Shown here: positions 48,133 to 57,167 of the stretch, one piece after another | Layout: the number at the start of each line of letters is the position of its first letter | Numbering within the stretch: position 1 is the first letter of the stretch | Source of the DNA: an uncultured Gemmatimonadales bacterium | GTDB lineage: Bacteria > Gemmatimonadota > Gemmatimonadetes > Longimicrobiales > RSA9 | Assembly: GCA_963798085.1 (NCBI GenBank) | Contig: CAWCRS010000004.1 | Coordinates: 66,238-130,237 of the forward strand | Direction: 5' to 3' | DNA length: 64,000 nt | Translations under genes and position numbers: made by a program | Notes under the pieces: model-generated | Told to the model about the DNA's origin: nothing | The model's input: the letters and a program-made list of their open reading frames with translations, nothing else | Database searches by the model: none

Positions 48133-48986
48133 TGTCCGCCGCGGACCAGGGCGCTGGCGCCGGTCCCAGTTCGGTGTCCTCGCCCGACGCAACTGCAATC
48201 GACGGCGCTGCGCGCGCTGGCGCGCCGCATCCGGGCGTGCGACTCGAACGCCGCGGTCCCTGTGCGTGGCTCATCCTGGATCGGCCGCCGCTCAACGTGC
48301 TCGACATTGGCATGCTCGAGGAAATGTCCCGCCTGCTGGCAGAGCTGGCCGCTGACGACGACCTGTCGGTGGTCGTGCTCGCCGCCGCCGGCAAGGCGTT
48401 CTGCGCCGGCGTCGACGTGGCCGACCACATGGACGAGCGCGCCCCGCTCATGCTGCACGCATTCCACGACGTGATCGAGCAGCTGCTCGCACTGCGTCCT
48501 CCGCTCGTGGCCGCGGTCAACGGCGCCGCACTGGGCGGCGGCTGCGAGCTGCTGCTGGCATGCAATGTGGTGCTGGCGCGCGCGGGCGCGAAGCTGGGCC
48601 AGCCGGAAATCCGGCTGGGCGTTTTTCCGCCGGCTGCGGCCGCGCTGCTGCCCGCACTGGTAGGGCGGCAGCGCGCCCTCGATCTCATCCTGACGGGTCG
48701 GCTGCTGTCCGCGGAGGAGGCGCTGCCGCTGGGCCTGGTAACACGCGTGTTCGCAGCTGACCGTTTCCACACCGAAGTCGACGCGTGGGTCGCCGACCTT
48801 GCCTCGCTCAGCCGACCCGTGCTTCGTCTGGCCAAGCGAGCGGTCATGCGCAGCACCGCCGCGACGACGCACGCGCTGGCCGCCGCCGAACACATCTACC
48901 TGACCGAGCTGCTGTCGCTGGACGATGCGCACGAGGGCCTGGTTGCGTTCCTCGAGAAGCGGCCACCCGTGTGGAAGGGAGCATGA
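48132..48986 (+). CDS. dch: Cyclohexa-1,5-dienecarbonyl-CoA hydratase-like crotonase
   Basis: PPLNVLD, FCAGVDVADH, LGQPEIRLGVFPP, IYL.EL....DA.EGL.AFLEKR; pathway context. Confidence 0.8.
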   Translation: MSAADQGAGAGPSSVSSPDATAIDGAARAGAPHPGVRLERRGPCAWLILDRPPLNVLDIGMLEEMSRLLAELAADDDLSVVVLAAAGKAFCAGVDVADHMDERAPLMLHAFHDVIEQLLALRPPLVAAVNGAALGGGCELLLACNVVLARAGAKLGQPEIRLGVFPPAAAALLPALVGRQRALDLILTGRLLSAEEALPLGLVTRVFAADRFHTEVDAWVADLASLSRPVLRLAKRAVMRSTAATTHALAAAEHIYLTELLSLDDAHEGLVAFLEKRPPVWKGA

Positions 48987-50236
48987 ACATGAGGGAACCG
49001 GACCCGGCGCTGCAGGAGCCTGCCCCATTTAACGGCTTGTCAGGGGAGGCACCTGATGGCGGTGCGATGCCCTACCCGCCGCTGCTCGAGATCCAGCTTG
49101 CCGACCCGCTGGATCAGGTGCTGAGCGCGCTGCGCGAGGTGGTGGAGGATTCCACCTTCCCCACCGTGCGGCGCTGGCGTGAGCGGGGCGGCCGGGTGCT
49201 GGGCCACTTCCAGGTCTATTTCCCGGAGGAGCTGGCGCACGCCGCGGGCATGCTGCCCGTGAAGCTTCATGGCGGCCAGATCGACCGGCGCGCAGCCGAC
49301 TCCCACTTCGGTTCCTATATCTGCTCCATCCTGCGCACCACGCTCGAGCTGGGGATGAACCGGGACCTGGCGCCCGACCTGTTCGTGACGCACCCCATCT
49401 GCGATGGCGCGCGCAACCTGGCCGGCATATGGGGGCGCAACGTGGAGTCTCCGGCGCAGATCCTGTACCTGCCGCAGAACCCCAACTCGCGGCACGCGGC
49501 CGGCTGGCTGACACAGGAATACGAGCGTGTGCTGCACGACATCGAGCGCGTCGCGGGACGGACGGTGGACACTGCGGCGCTGCAGCGCTCCATCGCGGTG
49601 TTCAACGAGAATCGTCGCCTGCTGCGCGAGCTGTACGCCATCAAGCGGGAGACGCCCTGGCTGCTGCCCGTGCACGAGGCCTGGGTGCTGACCGCGCTGG
49701 GCGGACTGATCCCGCGCGAGGAGCATAACGCCGTGTTGCAGGCGCTGCTGCCACGCATCCGGCAACGCCCGGGCCGGCCGCAGGACCGCATGCGCGTGGT
49801 TTTCGAGGGCGGCTTCTGCGAGCAGCCGCCGCTCGACCTGCTGCGCGCCATAGGCGAGTTCTGCTACGTGGTCGATGACGACCTGCTCATTGGCATGCGC
49901 TGGCTGCTCGATGATGTGGCCATCGACGATGCGCCGCTGGCCGCGCTGGCGCGAGCCTACATCGATCACTCGTCCTGGAGTCCGGTGCAGCACGACCTGC
50001 GCAAGCCCAAGGAGCGCATGCTGCTGGAGCGCATCCGGCGGGCCAATGCGGAGGCCGCCATCATCGCCGCCGCCAAGATGTGCGAGCCGGGGCTGGACGA
50101 GCAGGTGGCGTACGCGCACGCGCTCGATGAGGCCGGCATTCCCTACTTCATCACGGAATTCGAGGAACAGATGACGGGGTTCGATCAGCTGCAGATCCAG
50201 CTCGAGACCTTCGTCGAAAACCTCCTGTTTGCGTAG
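48983..50236 (+). CDS. bcrC: Class I benzoyl-CoA reductase subunit C-like (HgdB family)
   Basis: YFPEELAHAAGMLPV, SYIC, ICD..RNL.G.W, G.FCEQPP, VVDDD, CEPGL, QLETF. Confidence 0.82.
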   Translation: MNMREPDPALQEPAPFNGLSGEAPDGGAMPYPPLLEIQLADPLDQVLSALREVVEDSTFPTVRRWRERGGRVLGHFQVYFPEELAHAAGMLPVKLHGGQIDRRAADSHFGSYICSILRTTLELGMNRDLAPDLFVTHPICDGARNLAGIWGRNVESPAQILYLPQNPNSRHAAGWLTQEYERVLHDIERVAGRTVDTAALQRSIAVFNENRRLLRELYAIKRETPWLLPVHEAWVLTALGGLIPREEHNAVLQALLPRIRQRPGRPQDRMRVVFEGGFCEQPPLDLLRAIGEFCYVVDDDLLIGMRWLLDDVAIDDAPLAALARAYIDHSSWSPVQHDLRKPKERMLLERIRRANAEAAIIAAAKMCEPGLDEQVAYAHALDEAGIPYFITEFEEQMTGFDQLQIQLETFVENLLFA

Positions 50237-50238
50237 AG

Positions 50239-51588
50239 GTGGTCATGAACACCGGCACGATGGATGATACACTCGCGGGGCGGGGCGCGCGCGAAGGCGG
50301 ACGTCTCTTCCGCGAGTGGTACGCGCGGCTGACGCAGGCCGCGGAGTCGGGTGAACCGACCGCCTACGTCTTCGTGATGGGCAGCCTGGCGGAGCTGCTG
50401 CGCGCCTTCGACATGCACACCGTGTTCCCCGAGATCAACTCGCTGCAGACCGCAGTGCGCAAGGTATCGGACGAGTACCTCAGCCTCGCGGAGGACCACG
50501 GCTTCTCGCCCGATGTCTGCGGATACGTCAAGGCGGACTATGCACTGCAGCTGCGCAGCGGCCAGCACCCGATGGGCCGTATTCCGCGGCCCTCCATCGC
50601 GGTGCTGACCAATGCCTGCAACACCTACCTGAAGTGGGGCGAGATCTGGGAGCGGCTCTACGGCACACCCGTGTTCGCGATCAATGTGCCGGGCACGCGC
50701 ACGACACTGGCACGCGACGCCTCCGTTCCTGCGCAACAGCTGGAGAACGACCGGCACTACGTGGAACAGCAGATCCGCGAGCTGATCGGCGTCCTGGAAG
50801 GTGTGAGCGGCCGTCGTTTCGACATCGACCGTCTGCGCGAAGCTCTGGAGTACAGCAATCGCATGGGCCGTGCGTGGCGCCGCGTCCTCGAGCTGAACCG
50901 CGCATCGCCCGCGGTATTCGATGCCATGCTCGAAGGCACCATCTACCTGGGCGTCGCCAATGCGCTGCGCGGCACTGCCGAGGCGGCCGCCTACTTCGAG
51001 GACCTGGTCGAGGAAATGGAATTCAAGGTGGCGCAGGGCATGGGCGCTCTCGTGGATCGTGCGGAACAGCATCGACTGATCTTCGTGGGCGTCCCCTGTT
51101 ATCCGATTTTCCGGCGCTTCTACCAGCTGTTCGCGGAGTGGGGCGGTGTGTTCGTCAGCTCGACCTACACATGGTTCGCTTCCGGTGGCCTGAACGACGA
51201 GTACGAGTACGATCTCGAGCACCCCATCGAGAGCCTGGCGCAGGGCCTGTTGCGCGGTGTCACGCGTGCTGGCGATGCCATGCTGTTCCACGACCGCGTG
51301 CTCATTGATGCCATCGACACGTTCCACGCGGACGGCGTGGTCTATCATCCGGTGAAGAGCTGCCGCACGGTGTCGACCGGCCTGGCCGACAGCCGCCGCG
51401 CGGTACTGGAGCAGCGCGATGCACTGTGCCTCTACATCGAATCCGACATGATGGACAAGCGCGTCGTGTCCGAGGCGCAGCTCAAGAACCGCATTGACGC
51501 TTTCTTCGAGGGCCTCAATGCGCGTCGCATTCGCAAGGGGCTGGCGGTCGCCGAGCCGGGTGCCCGCAGCGGCCCGGCCGCGGTCTGA
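50239..51588 (+). CDS. bcrB: Class I benzoyl-CoA reductase subunit B-like (HgdA family)
   Basis: FV.G.L.ELLR.FD...PEINSLQ, DVCGYVK.D, C.TYLKW.E, KSCR, IESD..D.R..SEAQ.KNR. Confidence 0.82.
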   Translation: MVMNTGTMDDTLAGRGAREGGRLFREWYARLTQAAESGEPTAYVFVMGSLAELLRAFDMHTVFPEINSLQTAVRKVSDEYLSLAEDHGFSPDVCGYVKADYALQLRSGQHPMGRIPRPSIAVLTNACNTYLKWGEIWERLYGTPVFAINVPGTRTTLARDASVPAQQLENDRHYVEQQIRELIGVLEGVSGRRFDIDRLREALEYSNRMGRAWRRVLELNRASPAVFDAMLEGTIYLGVANALRGTAEAAAYFEDLVEEMEFKVAQGMGALVDRAEQHRLIFVGVPCYPIFRRFYQLFAEWGGVFVSSTYTWFASGGLNDEYEYDLEHPIESLAQGLLRGVTRAGDAMLFHDRVLIDAIDTFHADGVVYHPVKSCRTVSTGLADSRRAVLEQRDALCLYIESDMMDKRVVSEAQLKNRIDAFFEGLNARRIRKGLAVAEPGARSGPAAV

Positions 51589-51604
51589 GAAAGAGGAGGT
51601 GGCC

Positions 51605-52423
51605 ATGGCGTACGCGGCAGGGGTGGATGTGGGCTCGACGCAGACCAAGGCGGTAGTGGTGGACGAACACGGCGTTATCGTGGGTCGCTCGCTCATCGCC
51701 ACCGGCGCCAACGTCGTGGCGGCGGCGGGCAACGCCTTCCGCTCCGCACTGGAGGCACCCGCCATCCCCGATACCGAGGTGGGTTACGTGATCGGCACGG
51801 GCTATGGCCGCTACCGCGTGGAATTCGGCGACGCGCAGATCACGGAGATCGTGTGTCACGCGCGCGGCGCGGCCCACATGTTCCCCGCCACCCACACCGT
51901 GCTGGACATGGGCGGTCAGGACACCAAGGCCATACGCATCCGCGAGGGCGGTGATGTCCTGGACTTCTGCATGAACGACAAGTGCGCGGCCGGAACCGGT
52001 CGCTTTCTGCAGTCGGCGGCGGCAGCGCTCGGGCTGGAGCTGGCGGAGCTGGGACCGCTCGCGCTGCGCGGCCGGCGCGCAGTCCCCATCAGCACGACCT
52101 GCACCGTGTTTGCCGAATCCGAAGTCCTTTCCTGGCTGGCCCGCGACCGGCGCATCGATGACATCCTGCTGGGCGTGCACCGCTCCATCGCTTCGCGCTC
52201 CGTCGCGCTGCTGCGCCGGGTGGGCGTCGAGTCGCAGATCACGTTCACGGGCGGCGTCACGCGTAATCCCGCCATGGTGGCGGTGCTGAACGAAATGCTG
52301 GACAGCACGCTGAACGTGAGCGAGGAATCGCACTACATGGGCGCGCTGGGCGCCGCGCTGTTCGCGCTGGAGCGCCTGCAGAAAGGCCACGTGGGCGCAA
52401 TGGCCGGGACGGTGCCGGCATGA
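51605..52423 (+). CDS. ATP-dependent activase subunit of benzoyl-CoA reductase (short BcrA/BzdQ type)
   Basis: [51 protein letters not shown]. Confidence 0.85.
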   Translation: MAYAAGVDVGSTQTKAVVVDEHGVIVGRSLIATGANVVAAAGNAFRSALEAPAIPDTEVGYVIGTGYGRYRVEFGDAQITEIVCHARGAAHMFPATHTVLDMGGQDTKAIRIREGGDVLDFCMNDKCAAGTGRFLQSAAAALGLELAELGPLALRGRRAVPISTTCTVFAESEVLSWLARDRRIDDILLGVHRSIASRSVALLRRVGVESQITFTGGVTRNPAMVAVLNEMLDSTLNVSEESHYMGALGAALFALERLQKGHVGAMAGTVPA

Positions 52424-53253
52424 TCATCACAGCAGGCATCGATGTAGGCTCGACCTACACCAAGGCGGCCATCGTCGGCGATGGTCAGTTGCTGGGCACG
52501 GGCATACTGCCTACCGGCTTCCGGCTCAACGCGGCCGCGGAAGAGGCGCTGACGGCGGCGCTGCAGTCGGCCGGCCGCATGCGCGAACAGCTCGACTACG
52601 TGGCCAGCACCGGATACGGACGCAATCAGGTAACGTTCCGGGACCTGCAGGTGACAGACTTGACCGCGCAGTCCTGGGGCAGTCGCCATTTCTTCCCGGG
52701 CACGCGCACCGTGCTCGACGTGGGCGGCCAGACGATGAAGGCGTTGCGCCTGGACAATGCGGGTCGCGTGCAGTCGTTCCGCCTGAACGACAAGTGCGCC
52801 GCCGGTACCGGCGCCTTCCTCGAGAAAACAGCGCGTTATCTGGGCTACAGCATCGAGGAAATCGGCCCGCTGGCCGGCTACTCGAAGGAGCCCGTGCCCA
52901 TCTCCGGCGTCTGCGCCGTGTTTGCCGAGTCCGAAGTGATCAACCACGTCAGCAACGGCGCCCAGCCGGCGGACATCATGCACGGCGCCATGGTCTCATT
53001 GATCGAGCGCTCGGTGCGCCTGATGAAGCGCGTGCGCATGGAACCCGAGTTCACGCTGGTGGGCGGCATCGCCCGCTTCCCCACGATCGTGCGCGTGATG
53101 GGAGAGCAGCTGGGTCGGGACGTGAACCTGCCGCCCGAAGAACTGATCCAGTTCACCGGCGCCATCGGCGCCGCACTGCTGGCCTGCCGGCGCCTGGAGA
53201 AGCTGGACGCGCCGCCACTGCCCGGCGTGGAGCCCCTGCCGGCGGCGCCGTGA
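52420..53253 (+). CDS. Second ATP-dependent activase subunit (BcrD/BzdP type)
   Basis: [41 protein letters not shown] coupling. Confidence 0.85.
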   Translation: MIITAGIDVGSTYTKAAIVGDGQLLGTGILPTGFRLNAAAEEALTAALQSAGRMREQLDYVASTGYGRNQVTFRDLQVTDLTAQSWGSRHFFPGTRTVLDVGGQTMKALRLDNAGRVQSFRLNDKCAAGTGAFLEKTARYLGYSIEEIGPLAGYSKEPVPISGVCAVFAESEVINHVSNGAQPADIMHGAMVSLIERSVRLMKRVRMEPEFTLVGGIARFPTIVRVMGEQLGRDVNLPPEELIQFTGAIGAALLACRRLEKLDAPPLPGVEPLPAAP

Positions 53254-53546
53254 TGCCCACCGGACCGGCGCAGTCCGCGGTGCGGCAGGAACGCGACCAG
53301 GAACTGGCCGGCCCGGGCTGGACAAGGCGCTTCACCGCGGCGCCACCGCGTCTCAACGAACTGCGCGAGCTGTACGCAACACTGGGTTATGAGGTGATGC
53401 TCGATCCGCTGCTGCCGGGCGAGCTGGCTGATGAATGTGAGGGATGCACCCTCGCGCTCAGCCTGTTCCGCATGATCTACACGCGGGCCCCGGCCAGCGG
53501 GCCGCGGCCATCGCCCCCGGCCTCGACTACACAGGAGCTCCCATGA
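53253..53546 (+). CDS. Small CxxC protein inside the bcr operon
   Basis: 97 aa, coupled on both sides (TGATG and ATGA); GWTRRF...PRL.E..ELY..LGYEV...CEGC...IYTR. Confidence 0.7.
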   Translation: MPTGPAQSAVRQERDQELAGPGWTRRFTAAPPRLNELRELYATLGYEVMLDPLLPGELADECEGCTLALSLFRMIYTRAPASGPRPSPPASTTQELP

Positions 53547-54568
53547 GAGCCGCCGTTTTTCACGGGCCTGGCAAGGGTCTGCGCATCGAGACGGTGCCCG
53601 ATCCAGTGCCGGCTGCAGGCGAATTGCTCGTTCGCGTGGCCGCGTGCGGCGTATGCCACACCGACCTGCACTACCTCGATCACGGCACACCCACGTTCAA
53701 GACGCCGCCTGTCATCCTCGGACACGAAGTGTCCGGCACGGTCGCGGCGCTGGGCGAGGGCACCGGCGGCTTCGCGCCCGGCGACCGCGTGCTGGTCGCG
53801 GCCGTGCTTTCCTGCGGCCACTGCGCTGCGTGCCGCGGAGGTCGCGAGAATATCTGCGAGAACGGCATCATGCTGGGCAATCACATCGACGGCGGCTATG
53901 CCGAGTATCTCGCGGTGTCCGCAAAGGACGTGTTTCACCTGCCGGAGGAAATCCCGCTCATCGAGGGATCGATCATCGCAAATGCGGTCACGACGCCGTT
54001 CCACGCCGTAGTGAATCGCGGCCGCGTCCGTCCCGGCGATCAGGTCGTGGTGTTCGGATGTGGCGGTGTCGGGCTGAATGTCGTGCAGCTGGCCACAGCG
54101 GTCGGCGCGCGCGTGATCGCGGTGGACATTTCGGACGACAAACTCGACTGGGCTGCAAAGCTGGGTGCGGCCGAGATTGTGAACCCCACGCGCACCGAGC
54201 GGCTCGATCGCGAGTTGCGCCGCCGCACCGGTGGCGGCGGTGCGGACATCGCCTTCGAGGTGGTGGGCCGGCCGGAAACACAGGAGCAGGCGCTGTCCTG
54301 CCTGCGCACGGGTGGCCGACTGGTGCTCGTCGGCTACAGCCCGCACGAGATGCGGCTCAATGCCGGCCGCGTCATGTTCCGCGAGCTGGAGATCACGGGC
54401 TCGCTGGGCTGCCGCCCGCTCGATTATCCGCGTGTCATCGAGCTGGTGCGCCAGGGTCGTGTGCGCATCCGCGAGCTGGTAACACACCGTTATCCACTGG
54501 CCTGTATCGACCAGGCCCTGGACGCGCTGCGCTCCGGTCAGGCGCTGCGCGCCGTGGTCACGCCCTGA
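53543..54568 (+). CDS. had: Zn-dependent 6-hydroxycyclohex-1-ene-1-carbonyl-CoA dehydrogenase-like
   Basis: CGVCHTDL, GHE, C..C..C....C, GCGGVG, GSLGC; pathway context; AGGAG RBS. Confidence 0.78.
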   Translation: MRAAVFHGPGKGLRIETVPDPVPAAGELLVRVAACGVCHTDLHYLDHGTPTFKTPPVILGHEVSGTVAALGEGTGGFAPGDRVLVAAVLSCGHCAACRGGRENICENGIMLGNHIDGGYAEYLAVSAKDVFHLPEEIPLIEGSIIANAVTTPFHAVVNRGRVRPGDQVVVFGCGGVGLNVVQLATAVGARVIAVDISDDKLDWAAKLGAAEIVNPTRTERLDRELRRRTGGGGADIAFEVVGRPETQEQALSCLRTGGRLVLVGYSPHEMRLNAGRVMFRELEITGSLGCRPLDYPRVIELVRQGRVRIRELVTHRYPLACIDQALDALRSGQALRAVVTP

Positions 54569-54597
54569 GGGAGCGGAGTCATGCAGCGGAGCAGACC

Positions 54598-55143
54598 GTG
54601 AGGCGGGCCACCGGCGAGCTGCGGGTCGAGCATCGCCTGATTCTGGAAGTGGCTGCGGCGCTCGAGCGGCGGCTCGGTGCGGGCACTGCCGGCCACGCAG
54701 ATCCGGCCGGGGACCTGGCCGCGATTCAGTCATTCCTGCGACTGTTCGTGGACGCCTGTCATCACGGCAAGGAGGAGTCCCTGCTCTTCCCCGAACTCGA
54801 GCGGCAGACGGGCGCCGGCGGTGTCCTGGACCTGCTGCTGGAGGAACACCGTCGCGGCCGCGCGCTGGTACGCATGATGGGTCAGGCGCTCGAAGCGATG
54901 GACCTCGGCGAGCCTGCCGCCCGGCCGGCATTCGATGCGGCCGCGCGCGAGTACATTGACCTGATCCGCGAGCACATCGCGAAAGAAGACGGCGTCTTCG
55001 AGATGGCCAATGAAGCACTGGCTGGTCCGCACTGCGAGCAGCTGTGCATGGCCTACGAGAAGGCCGACGGCTGTGCCTTCGAAGCTCTCCGCAAGAGCGA
55101 TCTCGAGGCCCTTGCCGCCCGCATCCTGTCCGAAGAGGGCTGA
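54598..55143 (+). CDS. Hemerythrin/HHE domain protein
   Basis: EHRLI, CHHGKEE..LFP, EH..GR, HI.KED motifs; GTG start after GGAG. Confidence 0.85.
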   Translation: MRRATGELRVEHRLILEVAAALERRLGAGTAGHADPAGDLAAIQSFLRLFVDACHHGKEESLLFPELERQTGAGGVLDLLLEEHRRGRALVRMMGQALEAMDLGEPAARPAFDAAAREYIDLIREHIAKEDGVFEMANEALAGPHCEQLCMAYEKADGCAFEALRKSDLEALAARILSEEG

Positions 55144-55233
55144 CACGCTGCCAGGTTCTTCATTCCGCTTCGGCGAACAACTCCCGGAATTCGTTGCGGC
55201 AGGATATCAGCCAGGCGCGGCTGGACGCTTTCC

Positions 55234-55587
55234 TCAGCGCTTGACGATCCCCAGTACCTCGCCGCTGTAGCAGTTCACGCGGATCAGTTCGCGCGCATTC
55301 ACGCCATACCGGCCCTCGGGCGCCTCGTAGTCGCCGCGATCACTGGCGGAGCGGATCAGGCGGAGGCGGGCCCCGTCGCGGGGATCGAACAACGGACTGC
55401 GACAGCCCTGGCCGGGCGTGGAAGCGATGGGCGTTTCGGGAAACGCGGGATCCAGCACGAAACGGGAGGGCGCATCGATGGGCGGGCGAGGCGCAGCTTC
55501 GGGGGCCGCGCCGGCGTTGAACATGGCGCAGCCGCCGACCAGCAGGGCACCCGTCGCGCGCACCAGGGCGCGCACGACACCCACCAT
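55234..55587 (-). CDS. Small lipoprotein
   Basis: Lipobox LLVGGC; CRSPL.DPRDG, GDY..PEGRYG, second Cys. Confidence 0.65.
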   Translation of the reverse strand: MVGVVRALVRATGALLVGGCAMFNAGAAPEAAPRPPIDAPSRFVLDPAFPETPIASTPGQGCRSPLFDPRDGARLRLIRSASDRGDYEAPEGRYGVNARELIRVNCYSGEVLGIVKR

Positions 55588-55726
55588 GCCCCGCTTCCTG
55601 CGATAGCCCACAGCCGTGCGCATGTTGCCGCAACTCCGGGAACAGGTCCGGCGCGTGCTGGCCGGGGCGCCAGTCACATCGTACGGAACCCTGGCCGCTT
55701 TCCCGTATGCCCGGCGCCCGCCGCCT

Positions 55727-57004
55727 TCAGAACGACTTCTCGATGCCCAGGGTCCAGAGGAAGCGCGGCCGCAGTCCGCCCACGTTCAGCGGCAACAGTA
55801 TGTTAGTCACACCCCGGTACGTGCCCGCGAATCCCATCTTCAGGCCCACGGAGGCATCGATCAGGTTGTCCTTCTGATCGGGAATGTCGGTGAGGTTGAC
55901 GCGACGCCGCACGGGGGCGTCGAAGATCACGGGCGCCGGCAGAACCAGCTTCGAGTCGCCGATCTCGAAGTCGGTGAGCACGTCGACCGCCAGCGTGACG
56001 CTCTCCGAGAAGAGCTGGTCAAATCCCAGGGCGCCGATGATCGAGTTGTTCTGATTGTCGCCCGTGCGCAGTGCATAGCCGCCGTTCACGTGGGGCGCGA
56101 AATTGCCGGACCGGCCCGTGAGCACGCCCAGCACGCGCGCGCTCATGTGACCGCTGCCCAGGAAGTTGGCAGAGTCGCCGGTGGGCAGGCGGACATCACC
56201 CAGCAACGCGAAGCCCGCGCCGTTCGCATGGAGCAGATTGGCTTTCGCGCGCACGGCAATGTCGCCGATGCCCGTGGCCGAGCCCTTGGCAGCGGCATCG
56301 GCGAACTCCGAAGGATTCTGCGTGGTGCCGAAGAGGTGGGGCGTGGGCTCCTGATAGGGGATCACTTCGGCCTGACTGGTGCCATCCATCGAAGCGCGCA
56401 CGACGGGCACGAGCACGCCAATGTCGAAGTTGTCGAGCAGTCCGTAGGACGCGAAGACCGAAGTGACCAGCAGGTCGAGCTTAAGGTTGGTGCGCACCTC
56501 GATCACGTCATTCTCGAAGGTCGGGTCACCGAGCGCGGGCTGTTCCACGTTCTGGTGCGCGAACCGCGTCACGAGGTTGTGCAGGGGCACTCCGCGCACG
56601 TTGTCCATGGTGATGCCGTTCACGTACACGCCGCCAACCAGGCGTCCCCGGCCCAGCGTCTGCGAGCGCTCGGAGAAGAGCGGGCCGGCGGACACGCTGG
56701 TCGCCACCGGCACTCCGTTCTCGAAGCGGAAGGTGACGCCACCATTCCCCGCCGCGAACGGCAGGTTCGTCAGGCTGGTGCCGATCGACCCGGTGAGGAA
56801 CGCGAGCAGGTTGTGCTCACCCTGCGTGACGCTGGGCACGAAATGCTGTCCGTGTACAGCCGAGTTGACAGTGAGGCAGAGCGGCTGGCCGCAATCGCCG
56901 AAGGTGTAGAGCTGATTGAACCGCTCCGTCATCGACTGGCCGGCAAGCGGGGCCTGCAACCAGAGCGACAGGGTGGCGGCAATGGCGAGTGCTGGGCGGC
57001 GCAT
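55727..57004 (-). CDS. Outer-membrane beta-barrel 'transporter' (MetA-pathway-like)
   Basis: Signal peptide, GIGDIAVRAK, RLPTGD..NFLGSG, terminal LGIEKSF; GGAGG RBS. Confidence 0.75.
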   Translation of the reverse strand: MRRPALAIAATLSLWLQAPLAGQSMTERFNQLYTFGDCGQPLCLTVNSAVHGQHFVPSVTQGEHNLLAFLTGSIGTSLTNLPFAAGNGGVTFRFENGVPVATSVSAGPLFSERSQTLGRGRLVGGVYVNGITMDNVRGVPLHNLVTRFAHQNVEQPALGDPTFENDVIEVRTNLKLDLLVTSVFASYGLLDNFDIGVLVPVVRASMDGTSQAEVIPYQEPTPHLFGTTQNPSEFADAAAKGSATGIGDIAVRAKANLLHANGAGFALLGDVRLPTGDSANFLGSGHMSARVLGVLTGRSGNFAPHVNGGYALRTGDNQNNSIIGALGFDQLFSESVTLAVDVLTDFEIGDSKLVLPAPVIFDAPVRRRVNLTDIPDQKDNLIDASVGLKMGFAGTYRGVTNILLPLNVGGLRPRFLWTLGIEKSF

Positions 57005-57167
57005 GAAACCTCCGATTTTCATTTTTCCAGCAACCTCGCGTCCCGGCGAGGCTTGCGCAACCGTTACCGGACCGCAGCATAGCCTCCCCAGCCGCGAGAG
57101 CTTGCCTCACCCTCGCTGTTGGACCATCGTAGAGCCAAATGCCCCATTCCGAAGCGGAAACCCGGCA

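Noticed and set aside
53644..54597. Long ORF fused to hemerythrin
   Set aside because: Alternative frame over had; hemerythrin motifs start only after GTG 54598.
55616..57082. 488-aa plus-strand ORF
   Set aside because: Antisense to the beta-barrel gene; no motifs.
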